64,000 nucleotides of DNA from Eledone cirrhosa (GCA_964016885.1 OZ024742.1:259222001-259286000), one strand, 5' to 3'; positions 1 through 14,787 are shown, counted from the stretch's first letter. Program-made: numbers and translations. Notes: generated by a model not told the origin, from the sequence alone.

Positions 1-23
1 CTTTAAGATTGGTTACTCCTGAA

Positions 24-151
<128 letters not shown>

Positions 152-164
152 ATACGTATATGTA

Positions 165-580
165 CAGAATGGTAAGATAAAAGTTACCTTCAGAATGCTG
201 GGACAGTGGTTACCATCAGAATAGGGGAATACTGATTAATTTCATAATGATGAGATAGCAGTTCCTATCAGTGACGGTGGGGTAGTGGTTCCCATTAAAA
301 AACTGGAATAGCAGCTACAATCGGAATAGTGTGATATACGTTACAATCAGAATGGTTGGGTAGGGGTTACCATAAGAATGGTGAGATAAAAATTACCCTC
401 AGAATTGTGGCGTAGAGGTTACCATTAGAATGGTGAGGTAGAAGTTACATTCAGAATGATGAGTTAGTGGTTGCCATCAGAATGGCGAGATGGTGGTTAA
501 AATTATCATGGTGGGATAGTTGTTACAATCAGGATTGTGAGATAGACATTACCATCAGCATGGTGGGGTAGAATACAGAA
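165..580 (+). repeat. 26-bp minisatellite, about 16 diverged copies
   Basis: Units such as CAGAATGGTAAGATAAAAGTTACCTT and CAGAATGCTGGGACAGTGGTTACCAT repeat with period 26; consensus about CAGAATGGTGAGATAGTGGTTACCAT; no spacers. Confidence 0.9.
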
Positions 581-639
581 TGAGTGTAATTAATATGAAG
601 GCTCGTACTGATTATTCTCTTCCACAAGGAATACTATTT

Positions 640-830
640 CATCTCTAGTCTTCGTCTCTATAATCATAGTCCCTATAACCATCACCCCTGTAACCATCGT
701 CCCTCTACCCCTCACCACTCTAACCTTCGTCCCTCTAAGCTTCCTCACTCTAACCTTCTTCCTTCTAACCTACGTCCATCTAACCTTCACCACTCTAAAC
801 TTCGCCACTGTAATGATCACGTCGGTAACT
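640..830 (+). repeat. 15-bp minisatellite (consensus about TCTAACCTTCGTCCC), about 12 copies
   Basis: TAACC(A/T)TC recurs every 15 nt. Confidence 0.85.
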
Positions 831-1689
831 ATCGTTTTTCACCTAAGGCTTTATATTTTTAAATTAAAGTTCTTTCCGGTTGTAATGGCAAAATTGCTTA
901 TTATCCGAATATCTTCAGGTCTTTTTTCATTCTCATTCTAAAACCTCATACAGTACAACCAATTGATTACGGCAACAACGTGGAAATAAAACTAAGAACA
1001 CATTCCATCTCTTATGGGTGGTTTATCTCACTCAAATTACAAGTATGTTTTTAAACTGTACCCCACCTATTTTTAAATCGTGTTCAACCAAGCACTGAAT
1101 TGTTTCTCATTTCCTGGCTAAATTTTCATTTTAGCCGCGTAACGTAACAAATAAAACAACACTGAGTAGAGAATTATAAAGCTAAATAGATTAAATATTA
1201 CGGTATAAAGATTTGTTAGGAAACCAATCATCTTTATAATTTCTTTCAAAATTTCTTTTCCCTTCAGATATTTCCAGGCTCAGCACATTTTAAGATTAAA
1301 CTGACTTGTTAAAAATGTATTACACTTTAGGGAGTTAAGGACATGTTAACATCGTTCATTTTCCCTGCTAATTAAAGTTGCTTGTTGACGTGTTTTGTTT
1401 CTATATGTCATGTACGTAAATCTTTATTGCCTGTTTGAGAAATATATATGTTGGCGTTGACAGATTATTCTGAAGTGTATGTTGATGAACATGTGATTTC
1501 TAAATAAATTAAAAGGATAGATGCTTTAGTAAATGTAAACATAATTTCAAGTTTTAAAAAAATCTATTTTCTAAAAAGAAAAGTCTTGCCTTGCCTAAAC
1601 TGATACAACAGCAGAGACAAGATACGAACTCGCGACATAAAATCAGAAATTACAATAGATAGTTAATTTATTTATTCCAAATACACTAT

Positions 1690-2010
1690 TAGTGGTTGAA
1701 TGATTAAGAAGTTCGCTTCGGAATTATTAGGTTGTGGGTGCAATCCTAACTAGTGGTATCTTGAACAATGCCATTTGAGTAACATTGAGTAGACAGAAAC
1801 TGCCTGGAAATTCCTCTGATGGCCTCTATCTGTACTTAAAAGGCCCCGCTTTGTCACACAATCTGACAGGCTGAATCTCACTGTCACTGGACACTATTTT
1901 AAAATCAACAGTGTTTGTAAAATATTCAACAACTTACACGTGAATTCACGAACAAGCCTTTTCGTTGATAAAACAACTTGGAAGTAAATCGTCGAAACCA
2001 ACCGAGGTCC
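1690..2010 (+). mobile_element. Degenerate tRNA-derived SINE (family with ACACGTTAATTTCACGAG-type body)
   Basis: Head GTTGAATGATTAAGAAGTTCGCTTC; body similar to copies at about 23250-23500 and 37890-38050. Confidence 0.65.
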
Positions 2011-3782
2011 ACAACCTTCCTCTGCTACCATATAACTTCAATGTCTAAGTTTTAACTTGGGATATTTGTGAGACATATATTTTCATCTCATTGAATCATA
2101 CTCTCTTTAATAAGATCTATGAATCTGATAGGCGCCAGTCATATATACACTGAGATTTTCTGATTAGAATATCAAAGCATTACCTTATATAGATTGCTAG
2201 TATTAATGGTTCATATAAGCAACAGCTTTCTGTTAATATTACCTTCCCTCGTAAACAGTAATTCTTTCCATCTACCTCAGTTGAAGGAGATAATAAATGT
2301 TATATGAGTAGGCGTGTCCTTATGTACCCGTATGAACTTCGAGGGAAAACACACACACACACGTGTTTGTATGTGTGCGTGTGTGTATGTGTGTACGTGT
2401 GTGTGTATATGTGTGAAAGTCAGACATCACAACACGAGCAGTAGTTGATCCCCTGTAAATGAAAGTTAAGCCTGTAGAGGAGTGGACCTCAGATTGATTT
2501 CAGAAACATTGGGAAAATTGAGAAAGCATCCATGTAGTCGAAAGAATGTAAACAGCGGCGCCAAACAAGAATCAAACGCCACACACAACACCCCCCACCC
2601 GCACACACACACAAATATACATATATATATATATATAAACTAATCTTTGTAGTATATGGCTCTGGGAAAACCTGTTGACATGAGCAGTTCAACGACTGAA
2701 AAAACTGTGGTCTAGGGTCATGGAATAGCTTTTTATTTCATATAAATAAACAATTATATAAGCTCTCCACACTTCTACACTTGCAATATGAATTTGTATT
2801 GCGAGAACCTTTTTATGATTTTCATTTTAGCACAAGAAAATGTCAAAAGAAAAACAATCTTTATAAGTATATAATTCGGAGATGGACTTCTTTGCCAAGT
2901 GAGTTGATCTGAGATGGTGTGTTAAAACTGAAACAATTACCTAGTGGGAAGAGTTATGGCAGCTGTATATAATATATAATGTTTGCTGAAGACAGTCGGA
3001 AAATAGACCAATTAAAATTAGATGTAGATAGGAGCACAAGAGAGTGGTTTATTGGTTCGGAAAAAGCCATTCTTATCAGAATGGAGTGTGTTTAGACATT
3101 TTTATCTATCATAGCTGACATCTTATATATAAAAGAATAAAACTAATAAATACTTCTTTATGAAGTAGTTCTAGCGTTCTTTTTTCTGTATAGAAGAATT
3201 CGCTGGAACCCCACACGTTCTTAATATGAATGAATCGAGAAATATTCATGAAAAATAACGAAAACTAATTTCTGATCAATTGGTCGTATTTTAGGTTCTC
3301 GAATGAATGTTCTGTTCTTTCACCTCTTATCATGCCCCCTTCCATATATATATATATGTATATGTGTGTGTATATGTGTGTGTATGAAGTAGTTCTTTCG
3401 GAATATTAAGCAAGATAAAGCACAGCTCAAATGATCTAATATGAAACTTTGCCTACATCAACGAAATTTCCGACCGCTTATCCATTTGATTACAGCTATT
3501 ATATTACTTTCGTCTGAGCAATAACTTATAGTTACCTTGATACCGTATCGTCTGACAACGTTGATATGAACGCATGGCTTCGGCTACGTTATTCCAGTTA
3601 TCTTAATTTCCTGAAGAGTAGATGAAAAATTATCAAAAGAGAAATTATATTCAGAAACAAAAAATCAAAATCAAGATGAAACAATAAAAGAACCATCAGT
3701 CTATGAAATGTATATCGGTGGCAATTGATAAGATATAATGAGAAAATATGCGGCGGCGAGTTAATGATCATTAAAATACAGA

Positions 3783-3876
3783 GGAGGCGGCGAATTGGCA
3801 GAGTTCTTCCGGATCATTGCGTTCTGATTTCAATTCCTGCCGAGATCAACTTTCATCCTTTAATAATCGATAAAGC
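3783..3876 (+). mobile_element. Partial tRNA-derived SINE (main family)
   Basis: GGCGGCGAATTGGCAGA...TTCTGATTTCAATTCCTGCCGAGATCAACTTTCATCC matches the head of the copy at 29701. Confidence 0.7.
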
Positions 3877-4344
3877 TCATATAGTGGGTTCGATTCTCTC
3901 CCTCTCTTTGCCTCAATATCTTTCTCTCTCTGCCTCTCACTCTCTCTCTCTCTCTACCTCTCTCTCTCTACCTCTCTCTCTCTACCTCTCTCTCTCTCTA
4001 TCTATTTATCTATCTATCTATCCATCTATCTCTCCCTTATAGGTTATGTTCAGACATGGGAATGAACTTCGCCAGAAACAGATATGCGAAGCATGCTGTA
4101 TATAAGAACAACGACGTTACGTTTCCAAAAATATTCACCCGTCATTTTAGATAATATACTTACTATAATTGTGTGGGTGTTGCCTTTATTTAAACAATTA
4201 ATTAAACTTGTGACACTAGCGTCACATTAATGTAAGTGCAAGCAATGTTAAGCACGCAAATTTAGTTGTGCCAGTGCATATATGATATGAGGTCAATGTA
4301 GGCTGGTACATGTGTGTGTTTGCATCCTTTCCAAGTGATGGCAA

Positions 4345-4552
4345 CATGAATGAACCTGTTATTTTTCTCTAAAAACATTTTTTTTCCGATTGCGCCGTAT
4401 CCGTCCCTTCAATCTGTCTAATTCCTCATTCTTTCTTCTGATGACGGAATAGCGTCAGAAACGTTAAGAGGCCCTTCCTTTCTTTCAAGCGTTAAACTAA
4501 TATATTCCTTCCATATACTGTACCGATTGTGATGTTATATCTGTTTACCATT

Positions 4553-4560
<8 letters not shown>
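4345..4560 (+). mobile_element. About 215-bp hammerhead-bearing PLE-derived repeat ending in (TA)n
   Basis: Homologous to 61755-61965; contains CTGATGA...GAAACGTT flanked by TTTCTT/AAGAGG (4432-4471). Confidence 0.75.
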
Positions 4561-4584
<24 letters not shown>

Positions 4585-4602
4585 ATGATTTCTATACTTT
4601 TC

Positions 4603-4683
<81 letters not shown>

Positions 4684-6694
4684 TTCATTATATTAAGTCT
4701 AAATAGGGCGGCTTATTACTGTGGAGTTTCGCCTATAACTGAAAAACAAACAAATATTATTCGAAATAAAAACATCTCATTTTCAATATTCTGTAAGTTA
4801 TGCAAAAATGTTACGGAAACAATATTTATTATATATTGTAATACACAAGGCAAGTTAAAAAAAGTAATCAGAATATAAAGATATAACTTACATTGATAAT
4901 TAATAATTAGTAATTATGCCCTAAATATAACGACACAGCTGTTTCGAAACAGAGAAATATCGAGAAAATATGTGTTACTATGGTCAAAATATACAAGGTA
5001 GACTTAGCAAATCCAAAGACAGATTTTCTTCAGTATATGAGGTATTTTATCTAGTACAATGAAATAGAATGTGTCTATTAGGAGATAAGTTCAAGAACTC
5101 ACTCATGCCAATTGTAAGATATGCAAATAACAACACGCTGGAATGAAAGCATTACATGTTCCTCTCTGGCGTCATGTCGACAGTAAAGGGGTTGATGGGA
5201 GGTCTAGAAATATCACGTCGATACATTCTAATAGATCACTTCCAAAGAAATATGGAAACATCATATATATAAAACTTGAAAATGTTCATATTGATCTTTC
5301 ATACTTTAGCATTGTTTCTAATTAAACCACAGAATTTGCACTTGGCCAGCTGGTAAACATTTTTTAATAAAAATGTGTTTAAATTCCTTATTCCCAACTT
5401 ACACATATTTGGCAGCTATATAAATGATTCTGCTCCATTGCGTGATTTAGGATATTTTCTGGTGGGAAAGCTTTTATATTGTTGTACAATGGAAGACATT
5501 TTTTCAGTCTCTCATTTTAGTTTACTACTTTTTTGTGACCACTTTTCTTCTTAGTCGTTCTCCACGCAGTTTTTTTATGTTTTCTTCAAGTATTTATCGT
5601 GTAAGATATTTTCTTGCAATCCCATCAAGAGGACATTCTCTATTCCCTTCTTTTTGATTCATTTTAGCTTTTTTCAACAAATCATGTTGGCGATTTTCCT
5701 TCTACTAACAAGTGCCTGTCATTTCACCGACGTTTTGCATTTGTTGGCTTCCTTGAAGACAGAAATCAGTTTAGTCATGGATTTCTTTTATTCACGTTTT
5801 GTTATTTTCTTTCTCGATTTCCATTTTTCTCAACTAAATATTTTTATATACTTTGTATATATTTATAATTGTTTTCTAGTTGCAGAAGGCCTATACCTGT
5901 CCATACTTTTGTCCTCGATATTTTTCTACTGAGTTTTTCTCATATTCGCACTGCATCGATTTATATTGTATATTTATATAGTTCAGAATATAATCATTTT
6001 GGTTTTCTAGTTGAAACTGTTTGTTCTCTTCAAAGAATTGTTGTCACTTTTCATAACTACGGTTTCTTTGCGATTTAGTGAGATTCCTTTGCATTGGGAA
6101 TTCTTTTATTTCGGATACTCCTTTTTCTTCTCATTTTTCTTCATTTCACTATTTCATATTATTTTGTTATTTGTCTCCCTATTTGTATCAGTTATCTAGA
6201 TATATTATGTATTTCATTAAGAATTGAAACGATTCACTATAAGTTTGGTCAACTAAAATACATGTATTTAGAATTTAATCTGGTTTGTCTTACCTTTTTT
6301 TGTTTTTGTTATATTCTCGTTGCTATTCCACTATTATTTTATCCTTGGGCTGGTCAAGTATTGCTCTACAGGAGCACATATTCTGTATACATTCAGGTAT
6401 AGACGTCTGTATATATGTATATATATATATATATATGGGGGGGGGGGGGCGTGCGTGCGTGTGTGTGTGTCTAGATAAGTCCGACATAAAACCTGCGACT
6501 CAGTAGTTACCGATGATGTTCATCTTTTGTGGTTATAGCAACTGTCGTTCAGAGAGTGGGATTGGCTCAGTGTACAGTCTTTCCTCATTCTAAAAAGAAT
6601 CTTCATGCACAGGCATTGCACGGTAGCATTAAATAATAATTATTAAAAATGTTATATCGAGCAATGGCTATACTCGAAAATGAAGGGGCAGCCA

Positions 6695-6770
<76 letters not shown>

Positions 6771-7122
6771 CTGATGTTAACACTTTCTGCATATCTAAGA
6801 CCATATCGAATTTGAATTAAAAAGGGGAAGTGCTCAGCGGAAAACCGGACAGTGCTTTTTCTTCAGTTAAATGCTTGAAATGCTTACAGTTTCGATCTGT
6901 GTCTATGTGAGTTAAGACTAAATGATGATGAGCCCAGAGAACACATCATAAAGAATATATAAAGTTTTCTTCGGTATCGACTACTTGTTTTCACGTCCAT
7001 CAACATTACATATATAAGGAATAGCTTTTCATTGTAACATGTTATATTGAAAACATGACTGCGTTCCATTTGATTATGTTATTTAGAACTTTTCGAATTC
7101 CTCCTTATTTACGATTGGTTCA

Positions 7123-7651
7123 TACAAGGGGGCTTCAAAAGGTTCGTGGAAAAAGTGCATTGCTAAAAGTCATATGAAGGTATTTTGATCTCAAAGCTCC
7201 TGTATGTTCTCGTACTAACGTGTAATAACATGTTCTAACATGAACCTTAAATACATGTTGCAACGCAGCCGTCAGCCGGAAATCCGCATGCGCTCAAGCA
7301 CCATAACCTCCATCAAAACATCAAATTCGTGGTGAAGCTAGGGGGGAAGAGCAGCCAATCATTGACGTTCTGGAGAAAGACTATGAGGACAATGCTCCAA
7401 AGAAATCAACAACCTACAAATGGATGCCATTTTAGAAGTGGAAGAGATGAGATTGAAGATGATCCCCAGCTTATGATGTAAAAAAAAGCTTGTTTGACAG
7501 GATTTAAATCGCACGGTCCTCGATTTTAAACAGACGGACTTAAAGGCTGGTATCAACGCATGCAGAAGTTTTTTTTATTTAGATGAAGCATATGCTGAAA
7601 CCGTTTTTTTCCAACTGTCCTTTCTCCACAAAATTTTGAAGCACCCTCGTA
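7123..7651 (+). mobile_element. Internally deleted mariner transposon (Hsmar2/irritans-like)
   Basis: TA-flanked TIRs TACAAGGGGGCTTCAAAAGGTTCGTGGAAAA / (rc) TACGAGGGTGCTTCAAAATTTTGTGGAGAAA. Frameshifted N-terminal transposase remnant NIKFVVKLG..IIDVLEKDYEDNAPKKSTTYKW..FRSGRDEIEDDP is joined to the C-terminus DGLKGWYQRMQK..LDEAYAE; the catalytic core is absent. Confidence 0.9.
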
Positions 7652-7668
7652 TATTTGTGTGTTTATGC

Positions 7669-7814
<146 letters not shown>

Positions 7815-8725
7815 GTGTGTGTGTGCGTCATACAATAGCGATCCGAATCAAATGAACTCGATAAATAACCAATAGAATAGAATAAATAATGGGCTCAATA
7901 CGAACAATGACTATGACTATCAATGGAACGCTCTAATCGTGAAATTAACGGCAAGTGGCTCAGCATCCCATATTTATATATATATACTTAACATAGTTCT
8001 GAGAAAGACTCACCGCGTCTCTATTTGAGATGGCTGGCCCTTTGAATCCCTAAATGTGTATATGTGTTTTGAATGCATGCATATGTTTTCATAATTGTTG
8101 TGCTGTAAGGTATATCGGTGGTTTAACTAAGAAAGCTTGTTACTTTTATCAAACATGGTTATCTCCCTGTTATCTAATACATTTTCTCGCCTATAGATAC
8201 TTTATAAAATACAAATTTGTTTCACACTTGCATGGGTTACAGAGCATTCTTGTAGCTTTGTCTCATATCTACGTTTCACAAACTCCATCTATTTTTACAG
8301 TATCTCACTGGCAATGCTTTGAACCTCCTTGCTTTGTATTTATGTTGCTTTGATTCGAATTTCCTACAATACAAGCTATGTATCTATCTATATGTTATTG
8401 ATCTCTTTATCAGCCACTTCATTCATTGTTAGATTTTATTCAGTGATACATATATGTAACGTTGATAGCAGTCCTAACAGTTTGCGCATATCTATCGTTT
8501 GGTTTCGATATCATTCTATCATTTTCTGTCATTCTATACATCTCACCGATAGCTATTGTGTAAATATGACACACATATATAGAGGCGCACATATATATAG
8601 AGAGAGGGAGAAGTATGTATTTATTTGCATATATACGTATATGTGATATTCGTATATATATATGTATATGTGTGTGTGTTTGTGTGTGTGTGTATAATAT
8701 GTATCTATATACATATATATGTATT

Positions 8726-8782
<57 letters not shown>

Positions 8783-9066
8783 TGTGTGTGTGTATGTATA
8801 TATGTATAAAATATATAATATATATACATATATGTTATATATAATACATATAATATATAAATATATATATATGCATGTGAGTGTGTGTGTATATATATAT
8901 GTAAATAATATATAATATATATGTAATACATATATATATAGATATTGATATATGTATGTATGTATATATATATAAGTATGTATGTATATATGTATATATA
9001 TTATATATAATACATATAATATATATATATGTGTGTGTGTGTATGTGTGTATGTATAATATATATA

Positions 9067-9101
<35 letters not shown>

Positions 9102-9165
9102 ATATAACATATATATATAATATATATATATATAATGGATATATATATATATATATATATATATG

Positions 9166-9312
9166 TCCCAAGGTTCTGATACCATCAACACCATATCTAA
9201 GAACTGACTATACGCCTGATGAGGTCATAGACATTCAATGGCTATCATCGAAATATATATAACAGTAAATAAAGGATTATGAGTTCATGCAATTGACTTA
9301 TGTTTCGTCACT
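9166..9312 (+). mobile_element. Hammerhead-bearing PLE 3' repeat embedded in (TA)n
   Basis: Homologous to rc of 47228-47392. CTGATGA at 9216, stem II, GAAA at 9250, then TATATA-TA; stem I is damaged in this copy. Confidence 0.8.
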
Positions 9313-9395
9313 ATATATATATATATATGTATGTATGTATATATATATAATTATGTATGTATATATGTACATATGTATGTGTATATATATATTTA

Positions 9396-9487
<92 letters not shown>

Positions 9488-9999
9488 TGTATAGATATAT
9501 ATGTATATATATGTATATATATATATGTATAGATATATATGTATAGATGTATGTGTATATATATATATGTATATATATGTATGTGTATATTTATATATAT
9601 GTATATATACATAATATAAATATATATATATATATATATATTATAAATATATATGCATAATATAAATATATATACATAATATAAATATATATACATAATA
9701 TAAATATATAAATATATATATACATTAGAGAGAGGGCATAGGAATACAATGGTAGAGCTATATGTATTGACGAATATGTGTAAAATGAGATACTCTATAC
9801 ACGTATATTGTTATGAAGAATCTCTGTACATATATAAAGTTTCTTCTTATGCAACAATACATGTAGAGATGCATACGTTTGTATGTGTGTATCTTTGTAA
9901 TCATCATACATGAACGAATACATCTTTACACGTTAACGTCTATGTAAACAAGTCCTAAGATGCAGCTGCTCAGCGAAACTTCAATGCATTATTTATATA

Positions 10000-10102
<103 letters not shown>

Positions 10103-10180
10103 ATATGTATGTATGTATACGCGCCCCCTCTCCCCAACACACACTCTCTCTCTCTCTATGTCGCAAACACACACACACAA

Positions 10181-10211
<31 letters not shown>

Positions 10212-10328
10212 TACAAAAGCAAGCTTGCATACACGCACACTTGTATATATGTATATTTATATATATTTCTCTTATATACATATATACATATGTATGTATG
10301 TATATATATATATATGTATATATATGTG

Positions 10329-10386
<58 letters not shown>

Positions 10387-10468
10387 CACATATATACATA
10401 CATATATGTATATATATGTATATATATATATATATATATATGTGTATATATATATATATATATATGTG

Positions 10469-10589
<121 letters not shown>

Positions 10590-11239
10590 CATACATATAT
10601 ATATATTTATATAAGAGAAATATATATAAATATAAATATATATAAGTGTGCGTGTATGCAAGCATGCTTTTGTATATATATACACATATATATATTTGTA
10701 TGGAGGGGGGGGGGCTGTGTGTGTGTGTGCGCGCGCTCGCGCGTTAGTGTGTGTGTGTGTATGTGTGTGTGGTGATTTAAAATTAACCGTAAATCTATTA
10801 TAGGTGATGGAGAATGTTTTTTTACTTCTTGTTATTTATGGTTCTTTACATTTTATTTTCTTATATTTTATTGTATTTCAATTTTTTCTTTCAGTTAGCG
10901 TATTTCAATGAAAAACCATTAAAAGTGTCGATAAACATCAAAAGCAAAGGAAATTTTCCCCATCTCTAAAATCTGAGTGAGCTGTGTGCTAAAACGAATG
11001 TGATAAAATATAACATTTTAATCTTTTAAATCATTTGTTTTTGTCATTGCTTTATATTAGATATTGCACGAAATTTTATTTAACCGTGCTTTAATTTATG
11101 TTTTACTACAATTCGCTTATTTACTTTCATTTAACTCTTGTTGTACGTTTGTTCGGAGTTAGTACGTCTCATAGGAAGCAGATAATTTTAAATTACGTTG
11201 CCAACGACACAATGACGCCATGATGCGTTACGACACCTT

Positions 11240-11312
<73 letters not shown>

Positions 11313-11320
11313 ACACATAC

Positions 11321-11389
<69 letters not shown>

Positions 11390-11908
11390 TTCATTTAGTA
11401 TGGCTCCGTGATGAATCTTGTTACTCTCTAGTTTCACCGGCACATTCACAATATCATCAGTAAAGATTAATTTTCAATAAGAGAAGCAGTATACATAGAG
11501 GAAACGCATGAAGTGGCGGTGAGTGGTGTTTTTGAATGAGTGTGGAGTGAGTGAACGAATATTTAAGCTCTATCTCAGCTCTGATTAGTCTGCTCATAAT
11601 TCTCAAGTATATATAGTATAACTGAACAAAAAAGAAAAACGAACACAGACACATATGTCTTCAAATCGTAATGGATCAGAATCGCTAAGGTGAAAAAAAT
11701 ACTAACTACAGACAATAGGGTTTGTATAGAATAAATCAAGAAAAATAAATACAATCCATAATTGTGGTAACAACCGAACACCCGGACAGTTTTGATAGAA
11801 CTGTTTCGCAATAATATTTGTGAAAAGGTGTACCAAAGTCCTCTTTTGTACCTCTTTCCGAGAGGTAATTTACTTTAATGATACTATTTTAAGTTTCTAA
11901 CTCAATAC

Positions 11909-11955
<47 letters not shown>

Positions 11956-12212
11956 TGTGTGTGTGTGTGTGTGAGTGCTACTGGTAACATGTAAATCAAT
12001 ACAACCTGTCGCATGGTCTGGTCGTTGGCGACTAAACTGGCAACCCCACAAAGTTTACTTTGTGAGAAGGGTGATTTTGGACACCCTTCCGGACAGAAAA
12101 CAATACCTGTCAAAGGGCGGAAGAACTGATAAGAGTCAACGGCCTTCCAAAAATGTGTAAATATGTATATACACATATACATATCTATTTGTATGTTATA
12201 TACGTATATATG

Positions 12213-12923
12213 CCTGAGGTGTCGACCCTGCCGCCCTCGACGAGGTCCCACAGAAGCCCATAGTCGGCAGCTCGACCCCCCCCCCCCCCCTCCTACACAC
12301 ACGTTGGATGAAGTCATGAAGGCAATCAACCAACCCGGCTCAGGAAAGGCCTCTGAGAGGGACGGGATTCCTGCCGAGATCTTCAAGTCGGCCAGTCCAG
12401 CTGCCCTGGGGGCCTTCCACACTCTCCTCGTCAGCTTATGGGAGGAAGAAGAGGTGCCCAAAGGCTTCAGGGATGCCACAGTTGTCTCACTTTTTAAGAA
12501 CAAAGGCAGCAAAACTGACTGTGGCAACTATTGGGGCATTTCTCTCCTGTCCATCGCTGAGAAGTCTTGACTCGAGTCATGCTCAACCGCCTCATTGCCA
12601 ACATCTCGGAGGACAACCTGCCTGAGACCCAGTGTGGGTTCCGCCCAAACCGCAGTACGATCGACATGAACTTCTCTGTACGCCAGGTGCAGAAGAAGTG
12701 TGTCGAGCAGAACATGGACCTCTTTGCCGTCTTCATAGACTTGACAAAGGCATTAGACACTGTCAACAGGGAGGCCCTCTGGTCGATCCTATCGAAATTT
12801 GGACGCCCGACAAAGTTTGTGAACCTGATACGGCAATTCCATGACGACATGACCGGGCAGGTACGCTCGAGCGGAGAGGCATCGGAGCTGTTTGGAATCA
12901 CAAACGGCGTCAAGCAAGGATGC
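12213..12923 (+). pseudogene. RTE-clade LINE reverse transcriptase fragment (one frameshift near 12565, truncated at GVKQGC)
   Basis: GKA..DGIPAEIFK, W....VP..F.DATVVSLFKNKG....CGNY.GISLLS, LPETQCGFR..RSTIDM.F..RQ.Q.KC.EQ, FIDLTKA.DTV.R..LW, GVKQGC; GC-rich relative to flanks. Confidence 0.95.
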
Positions 12924-12924
12924 G

Positions 12925-13500
12925 GACACCCAGCTAAAATGTGGGAGCTAGAGCCGAAAAGACGGAAATTTGAGCGAAAATATGGTATTTTCGAATATTT
13001 AAGCGGCTGCCACGCCCTTCCTGAACAAAATATAAAGCCACTTTAAGACGTGAGATAATCAGATCTAGCGTAGTGCAAAATTTGAATGAAGTAGGTTGAT
13101 TAATGTGGGAGCTAGAGCCGAAAATTTTGAGTCTAAAAGTGGTATTTTTTAAATATTTAAGCGGCTGCCACGCCGGCTCTGAAAAACAATGCAATGATAA
13201 ATTCTATTTTGCGTTAAAATTTGAACGAAATCCGTGGCAAAATGTGGGAGCTAGAGCCAAAAGTCTTATTTTTCGATACCTAAAAAAAGGTGACCCTCCC
13301 CCCACCCCTATCGATTTTTATCTGTAGAATACCCCGGAATAAAAAAAAAACGATACGCTGATATATAGAAAACACTCCACGATGACTAATCTATGAGCCT
13401 GTAAAGTTTCATGAAAATCAGTCGTAAGATGTAGGCCCCTATAGGTAATACACAGACACACAGACATATAACCCACATACTTAATTTTATATATATACAG
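12925..13500 (-). mobile_element. Non-autonomous Helitron-like element, 5' part, with internal subrepeats
   Basis: The minus strand begins A|TCTGTATATATATAAAA followed by (GTCT/GT)n and ACTGATTTTCATGAAACTTT, as in animal non-autonomous Helitron 5' ends. AATGTGGGAGCTAGAGCC is repeated at about 12938, 13102 and 13241. Confidence 0.6.
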
Positions 13501-13559
<59 letters not shown>

Positions 13560-13562
<3 letters not shown>

Positions 13563-13695
13563 GGAGGTGAGTTTTATTGTAGTACAATAAAGCAATGCAG
13601 ATATCGGATAAGAAGCACTCTACAGTTTGTAGGACTGGAGTATACATAATATAAGATCAAAAGATGGTTAAAGGAGTTCCATGTATTTTATTAAA
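13560..13695 (-). mobile_element. 3' tail of the PLE-derived family also present at 43325-43790
   Basis: Both segments match 43325-43375 (direct) and 43740-43790 (inverted); abuts (TA)n. Confidence 0.75.
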
Positions 13696-13795
13696 ATGAA
13701 AATAAGAGTTAATAACTCTTACTGAAACCCTGTAATGAATAAGCTCCAAGTATAAATACTGAGCATTATAATAATAATATATATGTAATAATAAA

Positions 13796-13882
13796 CACAG
13801 TAAACCGTGTGTCTAATATTACGAGGGTTGAAAGACCACATTTGTTTCAACCCTCGTAATATTAGACACACGGTTTACTGTG
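13796..13882. repeat. Perfect hairpin, 38-bp arms, 11-nt loop
   Basis: CACAGTAAACCGTGTGTCTAATATTACGAGGGTTGAAA at 13796-13833 and its exact reverse complement at 13845-13882. Confidence 0.95.
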
Positions 13883-13956
13883 AGGGGGTGTGTGTGTGCG
13901 GGGGAGGGGAATAAAAACAACTTAAATATAAACAAATACACAAGATATGCATATAC

Positions 13957-13988
<32 letters not shown>

Positions 13989-14119
13989 ATGCATATATAT
14001 ACCTATACACACATGTAAACACACTCATGTGTAAATATATATATAAAAATAAATATACGTACATACACATATATATATAACAATTAAATATACGTACACA
14101 TACACATACATGTGCATAC

Positions 14120-14192
<73 letters not shown>

Positions 14193-14505
14193 CTTATACA
14201 CACACATACACACTCACATATATATACACTCGCATACACATCCACATGCATACTCATACAAAAAAAAACACTACAATAAATTAGAAAAATGAATCTCAAA
14301 GGTACATAACCCACGTACATACGTACACATACGCGTGCGCACACACGCACGCCAAAAGAAATCAACACACGCATACAAATAAACATATACGTAAATCTAT
14401 TCATACATATAAGCACATATATACTCATATATACTCATATACACATAAACATATATACAAGCACAAGCATACATATATATAAATACATATAAACAAATAC
14501 ATACA

Positions 14506-14539
<34 letters not shown>

Positions 14540-14718
14540 AATACATATATATATATACAAATACATATATATATAATACATATATATACAAATACATATA
14601 TATATACAAATACATATATATATAATACATATATATATACAAATACATATATATATACAAATACATATATATACAAATACATATATATATACAAATACAT
14701 ATATATATATACACACAC

Positions 14719-14787
<69 letters not shown>

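Noticed and set aside
165-580. CRISPR-like periodic array
   Set aside because: Units are contiguous and diverged with no unique spacers or cas genes, in a eukaryotic context.
612-941. Stop-free plus-strand frame across the 15-bp repeat
   Set aside because: Explained by a repeat period divisible by 3; no early start codon, splice signals or recognisable domain.
2983-3012. CTGAAGA...GAAA hammerhead-like matches here and at about 3611, 36375 and 870-920 (-)
   Set aside because: No credible stem I/II pairing or UH site; treated as chance matches.
11889-12527. 212-aa minus-strand ORF, and similarly 32703-33245 (-)
   Set aside because: Antisense shadows of GC-rich retroelement coding sequence.
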